DNA from: a candidate division FCPU426 bacterium
GTDB lineage: Bacteria; Oederibacteriota; Muellerivitia; Muellerivitales; Muellerivitaceae
Length of the DNA stretch: 64,000 nucleotides
NCBI GenBank assembly: GCA_963771075.1
Contig: CAVYSE010000026.1
Span: 32,001 to 96,000 of the forward strand
Direction of reading: 5' to 3'
Both the position numbers and the translations under genes were made by a program. This document shows positions 9,871 to 20,353 of this stretch, in pieces. Position 1 is the first letter of the stretch, and every line of letters begins with the position of its first letter. The notes under the pieces are model-generated. The model did no database searches. It had not been told where the DNA came from and saw only the letters and a list, made by a program, of their open reading frames with translations.

Positions 9871-11160
9871 ATGAAAAGAGGGATATTTTTAACCGCGATT
9901 TTGATGCTGGCTTGGTTTCCCATGGGATGCGCCAAGAATACCGCCCTGCCGGTGGTCCACCTGGCCCAATTTTTGACCGATCCCGTACTTATCAGCAAGC
10001 TCACGGCCGTGGTCGCCGATATCCAAAAACGGCACCCGGATTTTAAGATCCAACTGGACAACATCCCCTATAACGAATACCAGCAGAAGATCATGACGCA
10101 AATCGCCGGGAATGACGCGCCGGACGTGATCTTCGTGGAAGTGAATAATTTCGTGGATCTCTTTCTCCGCGGTGCCTTTGAGGACCTGACGCCCTATTGC
10201 CAGAAGGACGGCGTGGACCTGAAGGGTTATTACGCCGGGGTCATTCACCGCTTCAGCCCGGACGGAAAAATTTACGCCATTCCGCAGGACACGGCGCCCT
10301 CCGGGCTTATCTTTTACAACCGGAAAATGTTCCGCGACGCGGGAATCCCCTATCCCAAGGGAGATTGGACCTGGCCCGAACCCTTCCTGTCGATCTGCCA
10401 AAAGCTCACCCAGAAGAACGCCTCGGGCAAGATTACCCGGTTTGCCTTTTGCGACGCCTATTCCACGCAGTACGAGAACTTCCTTTTCGGCAACGGCGCC
10501 AACTACGTGGACGACACCGACCATCCCACGCGCCTGGCGTTGGATGACCCGAAGGCCTTGGAGGCGATCCACTTCCGTTGGGCCCTGATCCAGCAATATC
10601 ACGTCTCGCCGGACCCTTCCCAACTTCAAACCTTTAGCATGGCGGAGGGGCAGATGAACATGTTCCTTCAGGGGCAGGTGGCCATGCTTTCTTCGGGGAT
10701 TTGGCAGACCCCGCGCTTTTTGGAGAAGAAGGACTTGGACTTTGACGTGGTGGAATTTCCCCACGGGCCCCAGGGCGGCAAGGGGTGGGGCACGGGCGGC
10801 TCCGGTTACGCCATTTCCAAGAGCTCCAAATACAAGGACCTGGCCTGGCAAGTGATCAAGGAGATCACCAGCGCGGAGTCCTTGTCCCAAATGGCCCAAA
10901 CCGGCATGATCCAGCCCGCCCTGGTCTCGTTGGCCCAATCGGACACCTTCCTGAAGGCTCCGGGCGCGGACCACAAGTCGATCCTCCTGGATATGCCCAA
11001 TTCATCCTATTACCAGCCCTTCATGTCCAATTGGTCCGAGATCTTTTATGGGGTATTGACGCCCGCATTGGACCCTGTGTGGATGGGCGGTAAAACGCCC
11101 GAAGAGGTGATTCCTGATATCACGCGGAGGGTCAACCAAAAATATTTTGTAAAGAAATAG
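9871..11160 (+). CDS. Sugar ABC transporter substrate-binding lipoprotein
   Basis: Lipobox PMGC; APDVIF, GKIYAIPQD, FYNRKMF...AGIPYP...WTW motifs. Confidence 0.9.
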   Translation: MKRGIFLTAILMLAWFPMGCAKNTALPVVHLAQFLTDPVLISKLTAVVADIQKRHPDFKIQLDNIPYNEYQQKIMTQIAGNDAPDVIFVEVNNFVDLFLRGAFEDLTPYCQKDGVDLKGYYAGVIHRFSPDGKIYAIPQDTAPSGLIFYNRKMFRDAGIPYPKGDWTWPEPFLSICQKLTQKNASGKITRFAFCDAYSTQYENFLFGNGANYVDDTDHPTRLALDDPKALEAIHFRWALIQQYHVSPDPSQLQTFSMAEGQMNMFLQGQVAMLSSGIWQTPRFLEKKDLDFDVVEFPHGPQGGKGWGTGGSGYAISKSSKYKDLAWQVIKEITSAESLSQMAQTGMIQPALVSLAQSDTFLKAPGADHKSILLDMPNSSYYQPFMSNWSEIFYGVLTPALDPVWMGGKTPEEVIPDITRRVNQKYFVKK

Positions 11161-11542
11161 TCGTTGAGTGGGTGCGGTTTGCCCTTGAGAAGTGATCGAT
11201 GCCTTGCCGGATGAACCGGACTTTCATCCCTGGAAATCGCCGTCGAGCCTGGGGTGGAAAATGGGGTCGATCGGAACGGGGGGCAAGGTTAGGTTTGTCC
11301 GGGGTTGAGTCGATTTTCAAATGGCAGAGGGGCTTTTCAGGTTTACGACCAAGAGATGGGTTAGGTAAGTAGCCGTCCAATCACGAGAAAGATTAAAAAT
11401 GGTTAAAGGTTAAAACCGAACCGTTTTCTTAACCCGTCATTTTTTTTGGCCAATTCGGTACAGATCAGGACGAGCGACGGGAAGTTCCGTTAATATATAC
11501 GGGTTGAAGGATCTTTAAAACGTTGTGAGTCAGGAGTCAAAA

Positions 11543-12565
11543 ATGAAGTCTATGATCCCGGTCGCGATGGTTTTCTTTCTTCTCGCATCCTATCACCCGG
11601 TTGAGGCCATGGGACCCACTACTGTGGGCGATTCAATTACCGCTTCGACCACTTGGACCAGGGACAATAGTCCTTATGTCGTTCAAAAAGACCTGGTCAT
11701 TCCACAGGGTGTCATCCTAACCATCGAACCGGGGGTGCAGATTCAATTCAGTGTGCCCGGCGGGGCCAAGCCGGGCTCGGGGCCGAACCTGGTGGTCAAG
11801 GGCGGGTTGAAGGCGGTCGGCAATTCCATGACCCCCATTTCCTTCGGCCCTTCCACCCCGGGTTCCCTTTGGGGAGCCCTCTATTTCTACAATAGTGATA
11901 GCCTGAACTGCGTGCTCCAAGGATGCCTGATCAAGGGTGGGCGTATCGTTTGCGGCGGTTCCTCCCCCACCATCACCCAATGCGCCATTTACGGGGCGAA
12001 GAGCGGCGTGGAAGTGGCCGCGAACTCCCAACCCCAAATTATCGGAAATCGAATCACCGCCAACGGAGTGGGGATCGTTCTGTTGTCGGACACCGCCAGC
12101 CCGGTGGTTTCCCGCAACGAGATCTACAACAATAACTTCGGGGTCTATTTCAAGGATTTTGGGACGCCTAACCTGACGGGCAACAAGATCTACGGGAACC
12201 TGAAATACAACATGGTCAATTATTCGGCCAAACCGTTGGATATCCCCAACAACGATTTCCGTTCCGCGGACGCCCAGCAGATTACCCGCACCATCTATGA
12301 CGGAGCCTATAATCCCAGCTATGGCCGCTTGAACTTCATTCCCTTTGCGGGCATGGTGGCCGGTGGGCCGACCCAGGCGATGGCCAGCGCGACTTCGCCA
12401 GCCCAGCCGACGATCCAGGAAGAGGATTTCTGGAGCTATGGCCGCCCCTTCGACGCCATGAAGGTCAGCCAGCTCGGGACAGCGAAGAAAAACACTTCCG
12501 GCGCGGTTAAGGTTTTGGCGGTGGGTGCCACGGCGGTGGTCTCGGTGGTCTTACTCCTGCTTTAG
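11543..12565 (+). CDS. Secreted right-handed parallel beta-helix (NosD/PbH1-repeat) protein with C-terminal hydrophobic anchor
   Basis: TTWTRDNSPYVV...LTIEPGV motif; Asn-ladder repeats (IIGNRITAN, SRNEIYNN); hydrophobic C-terminus. Confidence 0.7.
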   Translation: MKSMIPVAMVFFLLASYHPVEAMGPTTVGDSITASTTWTRDNSPYVVQKDLVIPQGVILTIEPGVQIQFSVPGGAKPGSGPNLVVKGGLKAVGNSMTPISFGPSTPGSLWGALYFYNSDSLNCVLQGCLIKGGRIVCGGSSPTITQCAIYGAKSGVEVAANSQPQIIGNRITANGVGIVLLSDTASPVVSRNEIYNNNFGVYFKDFGTPNLTGNKIYGNLKYNMVNYSAKPLDIPNNDFRSADAQQITRTIYDGAYNPSYGRLNFIPFAGMVAGGPTQAMASATSPAQPTIQEEDFWSYGRPFDAMKVSQLGTAKKNTSGAVKVLAVGATAVVSVVLLLL

Positions 12566-12835
12566 ACTTGTCAATGGGTACGTAAAAGTCACCCCGATCT
12601 TTATTTTTAACCTGATAAAATTCCATTAAGCGTTTTTTTGAAAGTATTTTCCCCAATGGTCCGCCCCTTTGGAGCCGAGGGGTTTTCTTCGTTTGTCGCG
12701 GATCCGGGAATGGGCCTGGAACTTCGCCCCTGAAAAATGACGGAAAATGCGCCCTCTTACGGATTAACTGGATGGTTTTCCTCGTTAAAAACCGGTAATT
12801 TATCCCAGTTAAGGATTCCAAATTAAGATTCGAGA

Positions 12836-13774
12836 GTGATTCGGATGAAGTTGAAAACCATTTTAAACATTGTATTCCTGGGATTAGGTTTGTTATTCAG
12901 ACCCCTTCTTTTCGCGGGAACACCGACGGAGGATTACAACACTGCCCTGACTGAATACCGGCAGGGGAATTACGAGGCGAGCCTGAGCCTGTTGCAATCC
13001 GTCATTTCGGCCGATTCGAGTTTTTGGCAAGCCTATCAGTTAATTGGGAACGCCGAACTGAAAACCCGGCACTTCCCTGAAGCCTACGACGCCTATCAAA
13101 AAAGCCTCTCGATCAATCCCGACAACCCGAGTGTTGCAGAGGCTGTCGCCAATTTAAAAAGCCTACTCCCGGCCTCCCGCCTTACTATCACCCCGACGCC
13201 ATGGATGGCGACACCCACTCCCGAACCTATCCCGAATCCAACTGCGGTGGCAACCCTTGAACCCCTGGGTGAGACACCGATGACCAAGCCGGTCAGGGAA
13301 AACATCGTCCGGCCGTTTTTTATGGAAGTGGGTCTTGGTGTCGACCTGCCGGGGCAGGGCTGGTCCCCGGCCTACTCCCTGGGCGGCGGATGGAAATTGG
13401 CATTGGGGTCCGACTTGGGGTCGGGTTTTGTGGGGCAGGTGGATTTACAAAACATCTATTTCGCCGGCACCCTTATTCCGGTCGCGGTTTCGGACGACGA
13501 GGTCAGGTTTCTCCCGACGATCCGGTATTATCTTGTTTCGGGAGACATCCGGCCCTACATCGCCCTGGGCGCGGGGATAGACTTGCAGTTCCTGGCGGCC
13601 GGAAATACCACATCCTCCAACGTATCCCCCGACATCGGTTTGGGCTTTGGCATGGAGCTTCAAGCGGATTCCCGAACGTGCCTTTTTGTCGAAGGTCAAT
13701 ATAATCTTTCGTTCGGCTCGAGCGATTCCCCCCAGGATACCCCCTTGTGGGTGGGGCTTCGTATCGGGCTCTAG
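12836..13774 (+). CDS. TPR-repeat protein fused through a Pro/Thr linker to a small outer-membrane beta-barrel
   Basis: TPR motif AYQLIGNA...AYQKSLSINPDN; barrel motifs RPYIALGAG, LFVEGQYN, VGLRIGL. Confidence 0.7.
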   Translation: MIRMKLKTILNIVFLGLGLLFRPLLFAGTPTEDYNTALTEYRQGNYEASLSLLQSVISADSSFWQAYQLIGNAELKTRHFPEAYDAYQKSLSINPDNPSVAEAVANLKSLLPASRLTITPTPWMATPTPEPIPNPTAVATLEPLGETPMTKPVRENIVRPFFMEVGLGVDLPGQGWSPAYSLGGGWKLALGSDLGSGFVGQVDLQNIYFAGTLIPVAVSDDEVRFLPTIRYYLVSGDIRPYIALGAGIDLQFLAAGNTTSSNVSPDIGLGFGMELQADSRTCLFVEGQYNLSFGSSDSPQDTPLWVGLRIGL

Positions 13775-13915
13775 TGCGGGACACAAGATTCCCACGCCCG
13801 CATCTTTTGCCCTAAAATAACCCATCCCCGATCGCGAGGCCTGAACCTGCAATCCACCAACGAAATTTTCAGCCACCTGCGCCGGGTCCTCGAACAGGCC
13901 TACTTTCTGAATGCC

Positions 13916-14302
13916 ATGAGCCCGAAGGAATTGGACCAATTGCTGGCATGCCTGCGGGCTATGAGGGTTTTCAAGGGTTACGAGATCATTCGCCAGGGTG
14001 ATCCGGGGGATGCCTTTTATCTCATCGCTTCGGGCCGGGTCTCGGTTTGGGCGAAAAAGGGTTCGGGCCGGGTGAAACTCGCCGAACTCAAGGCGGACGA
14101 TTATTTCGGTGAAATGGCCCTCCTGTCCAACGCGCCCCGTAACGCCACCGTTATCGCGGATGGGCTCACCGAGCTTTTCATTTTGGAAAAGTACAATTTT
14201 GACAAGACTCTCATGCGCAATCCCGCTATTGCCCAGAAACTCCGCAAGGCTTACGAGGAAAGACACGAGAAGAATACGAACTTTACCCGCTCGGAAGGAT
14301 AA
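13916..14302 (+). CDS. Stand-alone cyclic-nucleotide-binding domain protein (frame open from at least the CTG at 13841)
   Basis: IIRQGDPGDAFYLIASG, FGEMALLSNAPRNATV. Confidence 0.9.
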   Translation: MSPKELDQLLACLRAMRVFKGYEIIRQGDPGDAFYLIASGRVSVWAKKGSGRVKLAELKADDYFGEMALLSNAPRNATVIADGLTELFILEKYNFDKTLMRNPAIAQKLRKAYEERHEKNTNFTRSEG

Positions 14303-14444
14303 CCCATCGGCTGCAGCCCCGGCTGCAGGAGCGGCTCATTCCCTTAGGAATAACAACATGGATTGTCGGAAAAGCCAGGGTCTGGACACAAACAGGAAAT
14401 CCAATGGGCGCTTACAAATTTAGCGGACTTTGCAAGGAAAAGTT

Positions 14445-15347
14445 ATGGGAATGAAAATTTTTGTGACCGGCGGAAGCGGCTTCATCGGCCATTGGGTGGT
14501 GAAGGAACTGCTTTCCGAGGGACACGAGCTGAGGCTTTTAATCCGTGACAAAGGGAAGATCCCCTCCCTGCAGGCCTTAAAAAACGTGGAGACCGTGGAG
14601 GGTACCCTTTACGACCGTTCCGTGATGGCGGATGCCCTCAAGGGAAGCGAGGCCTGCGTGCATATTGCCCTGGGATGGGGCGAAACGCCCACTTCCATGC
14701 TGGAAAGGGATACGGCTGTCACGGCCTTTTTGGCGGAGGAGGCGGAAAAGGCGGGGGTTAAGCAGTTTCTCTACACCTCCTCGACCGCGGCGGTAGGGGA
14801 ATTCCGCCCGCTCATGAACGAAGAAATCGGTTTGAGGCCCATGGATCTCTATGGCGCGACCAAGGCCTCCTCGGAGGCTTATCTTTTAGGGTTCTCGGCG
14901 AAATCCGAAATGCGTTGCAATATCATCCGGCCCGGCTATACCTTTGGCAACCCCGCCTATCCGGACGGCGTCACCCAGCCTGACAAACGGTTCCGGGAAA
15001 TCGTGGCGGCAGCGAAAAGGAACGAACCCATTACGGTCACGAAACACGACGGTACCCAGTTTATCTGGGCCGGAGACCTGGCCCGGCTTTATGCCGCGGT
15101 GCTCAAGGGGGACTATGACCGGGAAGTCTTCTTCGCACTGGCGAAAGAGTTTGTGACCTGGGAGAAGGTGGCCCTTAAGGCGGTTGAGATCACAGGCTCG
15201 AAAAGCATGGTCAACGTGGAGGACAAGGGCTGGGACGCCAAGCCCATGCTCTTTGACCTGACCAAGATCAAAAGGGAGTTTGGTTTTGAGTTTCTTGGCA
15301 CCCCCGAGATTGAACGGCATTTGGAGTATTTGGTCCGCATTTTGTAG
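14445..15347 (+). CDS. NAD-dependent epimerase/dehydratase (extended SDR)
   Basis: TGGSGFIG, YTSSTAA, YGATK. Confidence 0.9.
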   Translation: MGMKIFVTGGSGFIGHWVVKELLSEGHELRLLIRDKGKIPSLQALKNVETVEGTLYDRSVMADALKGSEACVHIALGWGETPTSMLERDTAVTAFLAEEAEKAGVKQFLYTSSTAAVGEFRPLMNEEIGLRPMDLYGATKASSEAYLLGFSAKSEMRCNIIRPGYTFGNPAYPDGVTQPDKRFREIVAAAKRNEPITVTKHDGTQFIWAGDLARLYAAVLKGDYDREVFFALAKEFVTWEKVALKAVEITGSKSMVNVEDKGWDAKPMLFDLTKIKREFGFEFLGTPEIERHLEYLVRIL

Positions 15348-15577
15348 GCTTATTGGAAAAGATTGCTCGGATCACTATGATTTTTTTGATAACCCCATCT
15401 TTGACGGTCAATAGGCGATCCTGAAAGAATTTGATACCGGGTGATTTCCCTCCCCGGGTTCGCCTGGAGCCCAGGGGAGCTGAATTGTTTGACCCTCCAT
15501 TTGAGAGTGGAGATGGTCAGCGGCTTTTTATTGAAGCCCGTGTGGAATCGTGCGGTTGGAGCGCAGAAGGGGCAATA

Positions 15578-15859
15578 TTACGGGTTCTTGCGAATGGGAC
15601 GACCTCGCCTGGATTTGGATTGACGGGGCTGTTTGAAAAGCGTTTCCACTTGGCAGTCCAAGGCTGCTGCGATAAAAAATAGGGTTTTCAGGGTAAAGTT
15701 CCGGCCCCTTTCCCATTCCTGGACAACGCTGATGGATCGTTCCACCATTTCAGCGAATCGGGCTTGGGTGATTCCCAGGCGGTGCCGGGTTTCCCCGATC
15801 CTTCTTCCCACCCCTCGTAAGCGCGACAGGTATTCTTTCTCGTAATGTTTTTTTAACAT
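15578..15859 (-). CDS. XRE/Cro-like HTH regulator
   Basis: GITQARFAEMV...VQEWERGRNFTLKTLFFIAAALD. Confidence 0.8.
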   Translation of the reverse strand: MLKKHYEKEYLSRLRGVGRRIGETRHRLGITQARFAEMVERSISVVQEWERGRNFTLKTLFFIAAALDCQVETLFKQPRQSKSRRGRPIRKNP

Positions 15860-16322
15860 GGCCGCATTTTGTTTAATTTAGCGCCCGAATAAAACGGGGT
15901 CTTAACCCCGTGTTTACTTTGGTTTTTCATGTCTCGACTGGGGATGACCCTTGAGGTCCGACGCTAAAAATTTCCGGGCCGGCACCGCGCTAAATGAAAA
16001 TCCTCTGGTCTAATCAAAAGAATAAGGTCGAAAAAAATCAATATCCCGTCCCAGGATGGTTTTTGGACGTCAAAAATGAAGGTATGCACAATAATTGACA
16101 ACACCTCAAAATAGGGTATTTGACCCTCTTTTAGAGCCGTTTAACCGCCATTAAATTAATGCCAAGTCGTTTTGGCTTGGGCCTCTCGAATGAGCGGATT
16201 AATGACCAGGCCCATTTATATCCCGAAACCGCACAAATTAAGAGCAAGGATTTGCCATTCATTTGATTATCTTCCGTAAAAAATACGACGGGTTCGTTCC
16301 ATCCCAGTTCAAAAGGTTATGA

Positions 16323-16835
16323 ATGACCACGGCCGATCATCAGGGAGAGTCTTTGGGAAATGAACACTCCGAAGGGGTCGTTCCACCTGAAGGGGTGGCA
16401 TCCAATGACCACAAACCCCTGGAAAATTCAGGTCCCCTCCCGCATCTGATCCCCCCCCTAAAGACCTCGAGGATCCTGATGGTGGAAGACGATGAGTCCA
16501 TTTTGAGGATCATGACTTTCGTCATGCGGGAGGCTGGATATGAGGTCCTACAGGCGAGGGACGGAGAAGAGGGACTGGCTATTGCGACCCAGCATCTGCG
16601 GGAAATCGACCTTTTGGTGACTGATCAGGTGATGCCCCTGGTTAGCGGGAAGGAATTGGCGGACAAACTTTTACGCAAAAGGGCTGACCTGAAGATTATT
16701 ATCACCTCCGGTTATCAGTGCGTTGAGATCATCGAACCGGGGGAGGAGAACCATAGGATCCATTTCCTCCAAAAGCCCTACGGTATTGACGCATTTCTGT
16801 CCAAGATCAGGGAAGTCATGAATGGTGAAGTTTAA
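16323..16835 (+). CDS. Single-domain response regulator
   Basis: ILMVEDD, LLVTDQVMPLVSG, ITSGY, FLQKPY. Confidence 0.9.
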   Translation: MTTADHQGESLGNEHSEGVVPPEGVASNDHKPLENSGPLPHLIPPLKTSRILMVEDDESILRIMTFVMREAGYEVLQARDGEEGLAIATQHLREIDLLVTDQVMPLVSGKELADKLLRKRADLKIIITSGYQCVEIIEPGEENHRIHFLQKPYGIDAFLSKIREVMNGEV

Positions 16836-17007
16836 AGGCCCGGTTATCCAATCGGATTAACTCTTCGTCCCGCCAAGGTATATGGGTTGGTTTGGATGGA
16901 CTGACCGATGATTCAAAATGGCGCTTGACATGAAGCCTTGAGATTGGCGGTCTGAGGTATGTATACCGGACCCTGGTCTGTATGATCCGTTTAATGATAT
17001 GGGCGGG

Positions 17008-17529
17008 TTAGATCCAGCCGGAACCTGAAAGGCCCTTGGGATCTTTCGATTTTTCTTCCTGGATTTTCTTTTCCAGCCATCCCACGTGATCACTTTCCAT
17101 TTCCCCAAGCGAGTTGAAAAGACCGGCTAGGTCTTGGTTTTGAGCCGCCATGGAAGCCCTCCGGTAGTAGTCCTTGGCACGGTTCTCGGCGATGAGGGCC
17201 AATTCAAACACTTTCTGGGCCCTGTCAAACTCGTCGAATTTCGCGTCTTTCATGAATTCCAGGTGGAATTTTTTCTCGGCCTCATCCAAGTCGACCTGGA
17301 CTTCCAGGCTCGGCGACGTGCCGTAGAGGGCCTCGTATTTTTTCAGCAAAAGAGCCTCATGTTCAATCTCCTCGCTGGCGAGTTCGATAAACTTGAAGGC
17401 AGTGTCCAATTCGTGGCGGCCTTCGAAATATTGGGAGAAAGCCTTCAGGGACAAGAAGTTGGACCGCTCGAGAGAGATGGCGAGGGTGAGTAATTCCTGG
17501 GGGGTCAGTTCATGGATTTTTCGGGTCAT
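17008..17529 (-). CDS. Rubrerythrin/ferritin-like di-iron protein
   Basis: Two E-x-x-H motifs (EEIEH, MESDH); ALIAENRAKDYY. Confidence 0.8.
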   Translation of the reverse strand: MTRKIHELTPQELLTLAISLERSNFLSLKAFSQYFEGRHELDTAFKFIELASEEIEHEALLLKKYEALYGTSPSLEVQVDLDEAEKKFHLEFMKDAKFDEFDRAQKVFELALIAENRAKDYYRRASMAAQNQDLAGLFNSLGEMESDHVGWLEKKIQEEKSKDPKGLSGSGWI

Positions 17530-17815
17530 CGGGCAAACCTTTCAGGTTTATGGATGGGAGCGGTTGCCGCCGCGGGAAGAAATTTGAGCCAAACTAAGCC
17601 CCGCTGGCAATATTTACCTGCGTCTTTATACACGATGTTATCACGGTCAATTATTGTGCGAAATGAAATTGACATTAATTATGCACAGTGAATAAGACGA
17701 AAAGGTTTTGCGGGAGGCAAGCGCCTGGCTTGTTTAAGTCCTGTTGGGAAGGGTTTCGCGGTTTTGGAAGCAAATACGCCTAAATACGGTTTAGTTTGAT
17801 GAATTGTTTTCTGAG

Positions 17816-18484
17816 TCAGCCTTCCGCCCGGTCCCTCAAACCTTCCGTATCCTTCAGGCTCACTTGATGCTTTTTGTCGATAGAAATCAACCCCTCCGTT
17901 TCCAGCCGGGTGAAGGCGCGTGAGACCACTTCGCGGACGGAGCCTAGCCGGGCGGCCAAAACCGAATTATTGGGCAGGGTAAAACTTTTGCCCTTTTTTT
18001 CCGTGAATTCCTGAAGCAGGTAAACCGCCAGCCTTTGGTCCACTTCCTTCAAAGAGAGGGATTCGGCTAAGGCGGCAGCCTTGCGAAGTCGGCCCGCCAG
18101 GAGTTTTACCGCCGCGAGGGCTATTTCAGGGTGCTTCAAAAAGAGACGCTTTACGTTTTCCCTGGAAATAAAAAGAACCTCGCTGTCTTCCTCCGCCATG
18201 ACCGTGGAGGGGTAGGGGTTATCGTCGAACACGGGGACTTCGGCGATGGTGGTGCCTGCTTTTTCCACATGGATGATCTGTTCCCGCCCCTCGGCGTTGC
18301 CCCGGTAGGCCCGCAAGGAACCCTGGGCGATCACATAGAGGCCCTTGGCGGATTCGCCCGCGCTGAAAAGGATTTCCCCCTTGGAGAGGCACCGGCTTAC
18401 GCAAACTATCGCCAGGGCATTTAATTGGGAGGTCGAAAGGCCACCGAAAAGCTCGGTTTTTTTTAAGGCGTCGATCTTGTTCAT
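17816..18484 (-). CDS. Crp/Fnr-family regulator (HcpR/Dnr-like, no Fe-S cysteine cluster)
   Basis: cNMP-like domain plus HTH LAARLGSVREVVSRAF; divergent from ric. Confidence 0.9.
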   Translation of the reverse strand: MNKIDALKKTELFGGLSTSQLNALAIVCVSRCLSKGEILFSAGESAKGLYVIAQGSLRAYRGNAEGREQIIHVEKAGTTIAEVPVFDDNPYPSTVMAEEDSEVLFISRENVKRLFLKHPEIALAAVKLLAGRLRKAAALAESLSLKEVDQRLAVYLLQEFTEKKGKSFTLPNNSVLAARLGSVREVVSRAFTRLETEGLISIDKKHQVSLKDTEGLRDRAEG

Positions 18485-18527
18485 GCCTTCATCATCCCAT
18501 GGGAATCGGCGGCCATAAAGCCCCTTA

Positions 18528-18541
18528 GTGACTTAAGTCAC
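18528..18541. promoter_or_regulatory. Crp/Fnr-type binding site GTGA-N6-TCAC
   Basis: Perfect palindrome GTGACTTAAGTCAC between the divergent regulator and ric. Confidence 0.75.
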
Positions 18542-18602
18542 GGCCCAATATCTCTTTGGGCATTAAAGTCATCCCATCAAATCAGGCAAAGGGGAGGGTA
18601 GC

Positions 18603-19319
18603 ATGAAATACGAACCAACCAAAACGGTCGCGGAAATCGCCATTGAGATGCCCCAATCTATCCCGATGTTCGAAGGAAAAGGCATTGATTATTGTTGCGG
18701 GGGCCAGAAAAGCCTGCGGGAAGCTTGCGCCAAGGCGGGCGCGGATGTGAACGAGGTGGTCCGGGCTTTGGAAACAATGGGGCCGCAAAGGGAAAGCGGG
18801 GAAAGTACGGCCTCCTGGAACCGCCTAGGCCCCCTCATCCAGCACCTTTTGGACAAACACCACGCCTTTACCCGGAGCCAATTGGCCTTGTGTTCCAAGC
18901 TTGGAAGTAAGGTCATGATGGTGCACGGTCTAAAACGTCCTGAACTGACTGAAATCATGGGGCTTTTCAACCCCATGGCGGCCGAATTGGAGGAGCACTT
19001 ATTAAAGGAAGAACAGGTGGCATTCCCCTTTTTGCTGGCTTTGGAAAAACCGATAGGGGTGCCTCCCTTTCCCTTCGAGGTTTTCAAGAACGGCCCGGAG
19101 CGGGTATTGAAAGCGGACCATGAGACGGTCGGGGAGCAGTTGAGGCGCCTGAGGGCCTTGACCAAGGACTATGCTCCTCCCGAAGGCGCTTGCGTGACCT
19201 TTCAGGCTTTCTATAAATCCCTGAAAGACTTGGAAGAAGACCTGCACTTGCACATCCACCTGGAAAATAACGTGCTTTTTCCACTGGCGGAAAAAGCGGT
19301 GAAACAGGTAGCGGTTTAA
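18603..19319 (+). CDS. ric: Iron-sulfur cluster repair di-iron protein (Ric/YtfE/ScdA)
   Basis: GIDYCCGG, HLLKEEQVAFP, HLHIHLENNVLFP. Confidence 0.95.
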   Translation: MKYEPTKTVAEIAIEMPQSIPMFEGKGIDYCCGGQKSLREACAKAGADVNEVVRALETMGPQRESGESTASWNRLGPLIQHLLDKHHAFTRSQLALCSKLGSKVMMVHGLKRPELTEIMGLFNPMAAELEEHLLKEEQVAFPFLLALEKPIGVPPFPFEVFKNGPERVLKADHETVGEQLRRLRALTKDYAPPEGACVTFQAFYKSLKDLEEDLHLHIHLENNVLFPLAEKAVKQVAV

Positions 19320-19337
19320 CAAATAGGGATGGGGCCG

Positions 19338-19457
19338 ATGAAACGGGAGAAATACTTCTGGCCCTTGACCCAATCCCACCACCGGGCCCTCTTGGCCTCC
19401 CGGCGGGTGAGGGAGGGGCTTTTGGCTTGTCCTCCCCTGAATTGGAACGTGTTTTAA
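19338..19457 (+). pseudogene. Truncated hemerythrin-like gene remnant
   Basis: Hand translation MKREKYFWPLTQSHHRALLASRR... resembles the MKR-x-x-x-L-x-PLS-x-x-HH-x-AL start of hemerythrin-domain proteins; stops after 39 codons. Confidence 0.45.
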
Positions 19458-19538
19458 GGAAACTGTCGATGGTGAAGGAATCCAGGGTATTGAGGATATA
19501 CTGGGGTATGGTTCCGGTTCGAATTAGGCAGGTGAAAC

Positions 19539-20327
19539 TTGTTGCCTAAAGAACACGGGGCCTGGAATGTGCTACTGGTTTGCCTGGCGGCGGGATGGGC
19601 GCTGATGGCCCGCTGGGATTGCGCCGCGCTGGCGGTCTCCCTCTTCTGGATTTCCAGCTTCATCCTCCGCGCGCCCCTGTCCACCGCCCGCCAGTACCGG
19701 ATCGCCAATCCCCCTACGGCCCGTAAAGCGTTAGCTTTCTCCCTTTTTCTCCTCATCGTTCTTGCCTTAACGGGAACCTATTTCTGGCTCAATGATCCCG
19801 TCCCTCGGTCCAAATGGATTTTTCTTGCCTCATTGCCCCTGGGGGTAGGCCTGATGATACGATCTTGGGTTGAGAAGAACATGAGGGCCATTCTGGTGGA
19901 AATGTTGGGTTTTGCCGGGATTTGCCTGATCGTGCCGATCCTTTATTATTTCAACTCGGGGGCGGATGATTCCCGAGCCTTTCTCCTTTATATTCTTTTC
20001 GCGGGTTATTTCCTTCTATCCCTTCTATATATAAAGATCCGGCAGGGATGGCTGCAACGAAGCAAACGTAATGAACAACTTGGTTTAAAAGCGAGAATTT
20101 GGGAAGGGAAGTGGATTCTTCTTTTAAATCTGGTTTTTACTTACCTTGTGTTCACTTGGCCCGGGGCGGGGTTGTGTTGGGTGGCTCCCTTTCTCGCACT
20201 AATACGCCTGTCCGTGGGATTGACGGTGGGGCGGATGGCTTTACCCATCATGAAACTGGGTTTGCGTGAAATGGCCCATTCCATTCTTTTCTTGGCCCTT
20301 GTCGTTGGATCTTTTTGCCTTTCTTGA
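19539..20327 (+). CDS. YwiC-like membrane protein
   Basis: N-terminal PKEHGAW signature, multiple transmembrane helices, C-terminal KLGLREM. Confidence 0.8.
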   Translation: MLPKEHGAWNVLLVCLAAGWALMARWDCAALAVSLFWISSFILRAPLSTARQYRIANPPTARKALAFSLFLLIVLALTGTYFWLNDPVPRSKWIFLASLPLGVGLMIRSWVEKNMRAILVEMLGFAGICLIVPILYYFNSGADDSRAFLLYILFAGYFLLSLLYIKIRQGWLQRSKRNEQLGLKARIWEGKWILLLNLVFTYLVFTWPGAGLCWVAPFLALIRLSVGLTVGRMALPIMKLGLREMAHSILFLALVVGSFCLS

Positions 20328-20353
20328 CCCGATATTATTGAGGAGGTGAACCG

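Noticed and set aside
15891..15912. Additional IS110 target or RAYT end (AAACGGGGTCTTAACCCCG)
   Set aside because: Only the left half matches; better explained as a palindromic operator upstream of the XRE gene
17530..17640. c-di-GMP-I riboswitch suggested by GGCAAACC
   Set aside because: The rest of the consensus is missing and the motif is on the wrong strand for the adjacent gene
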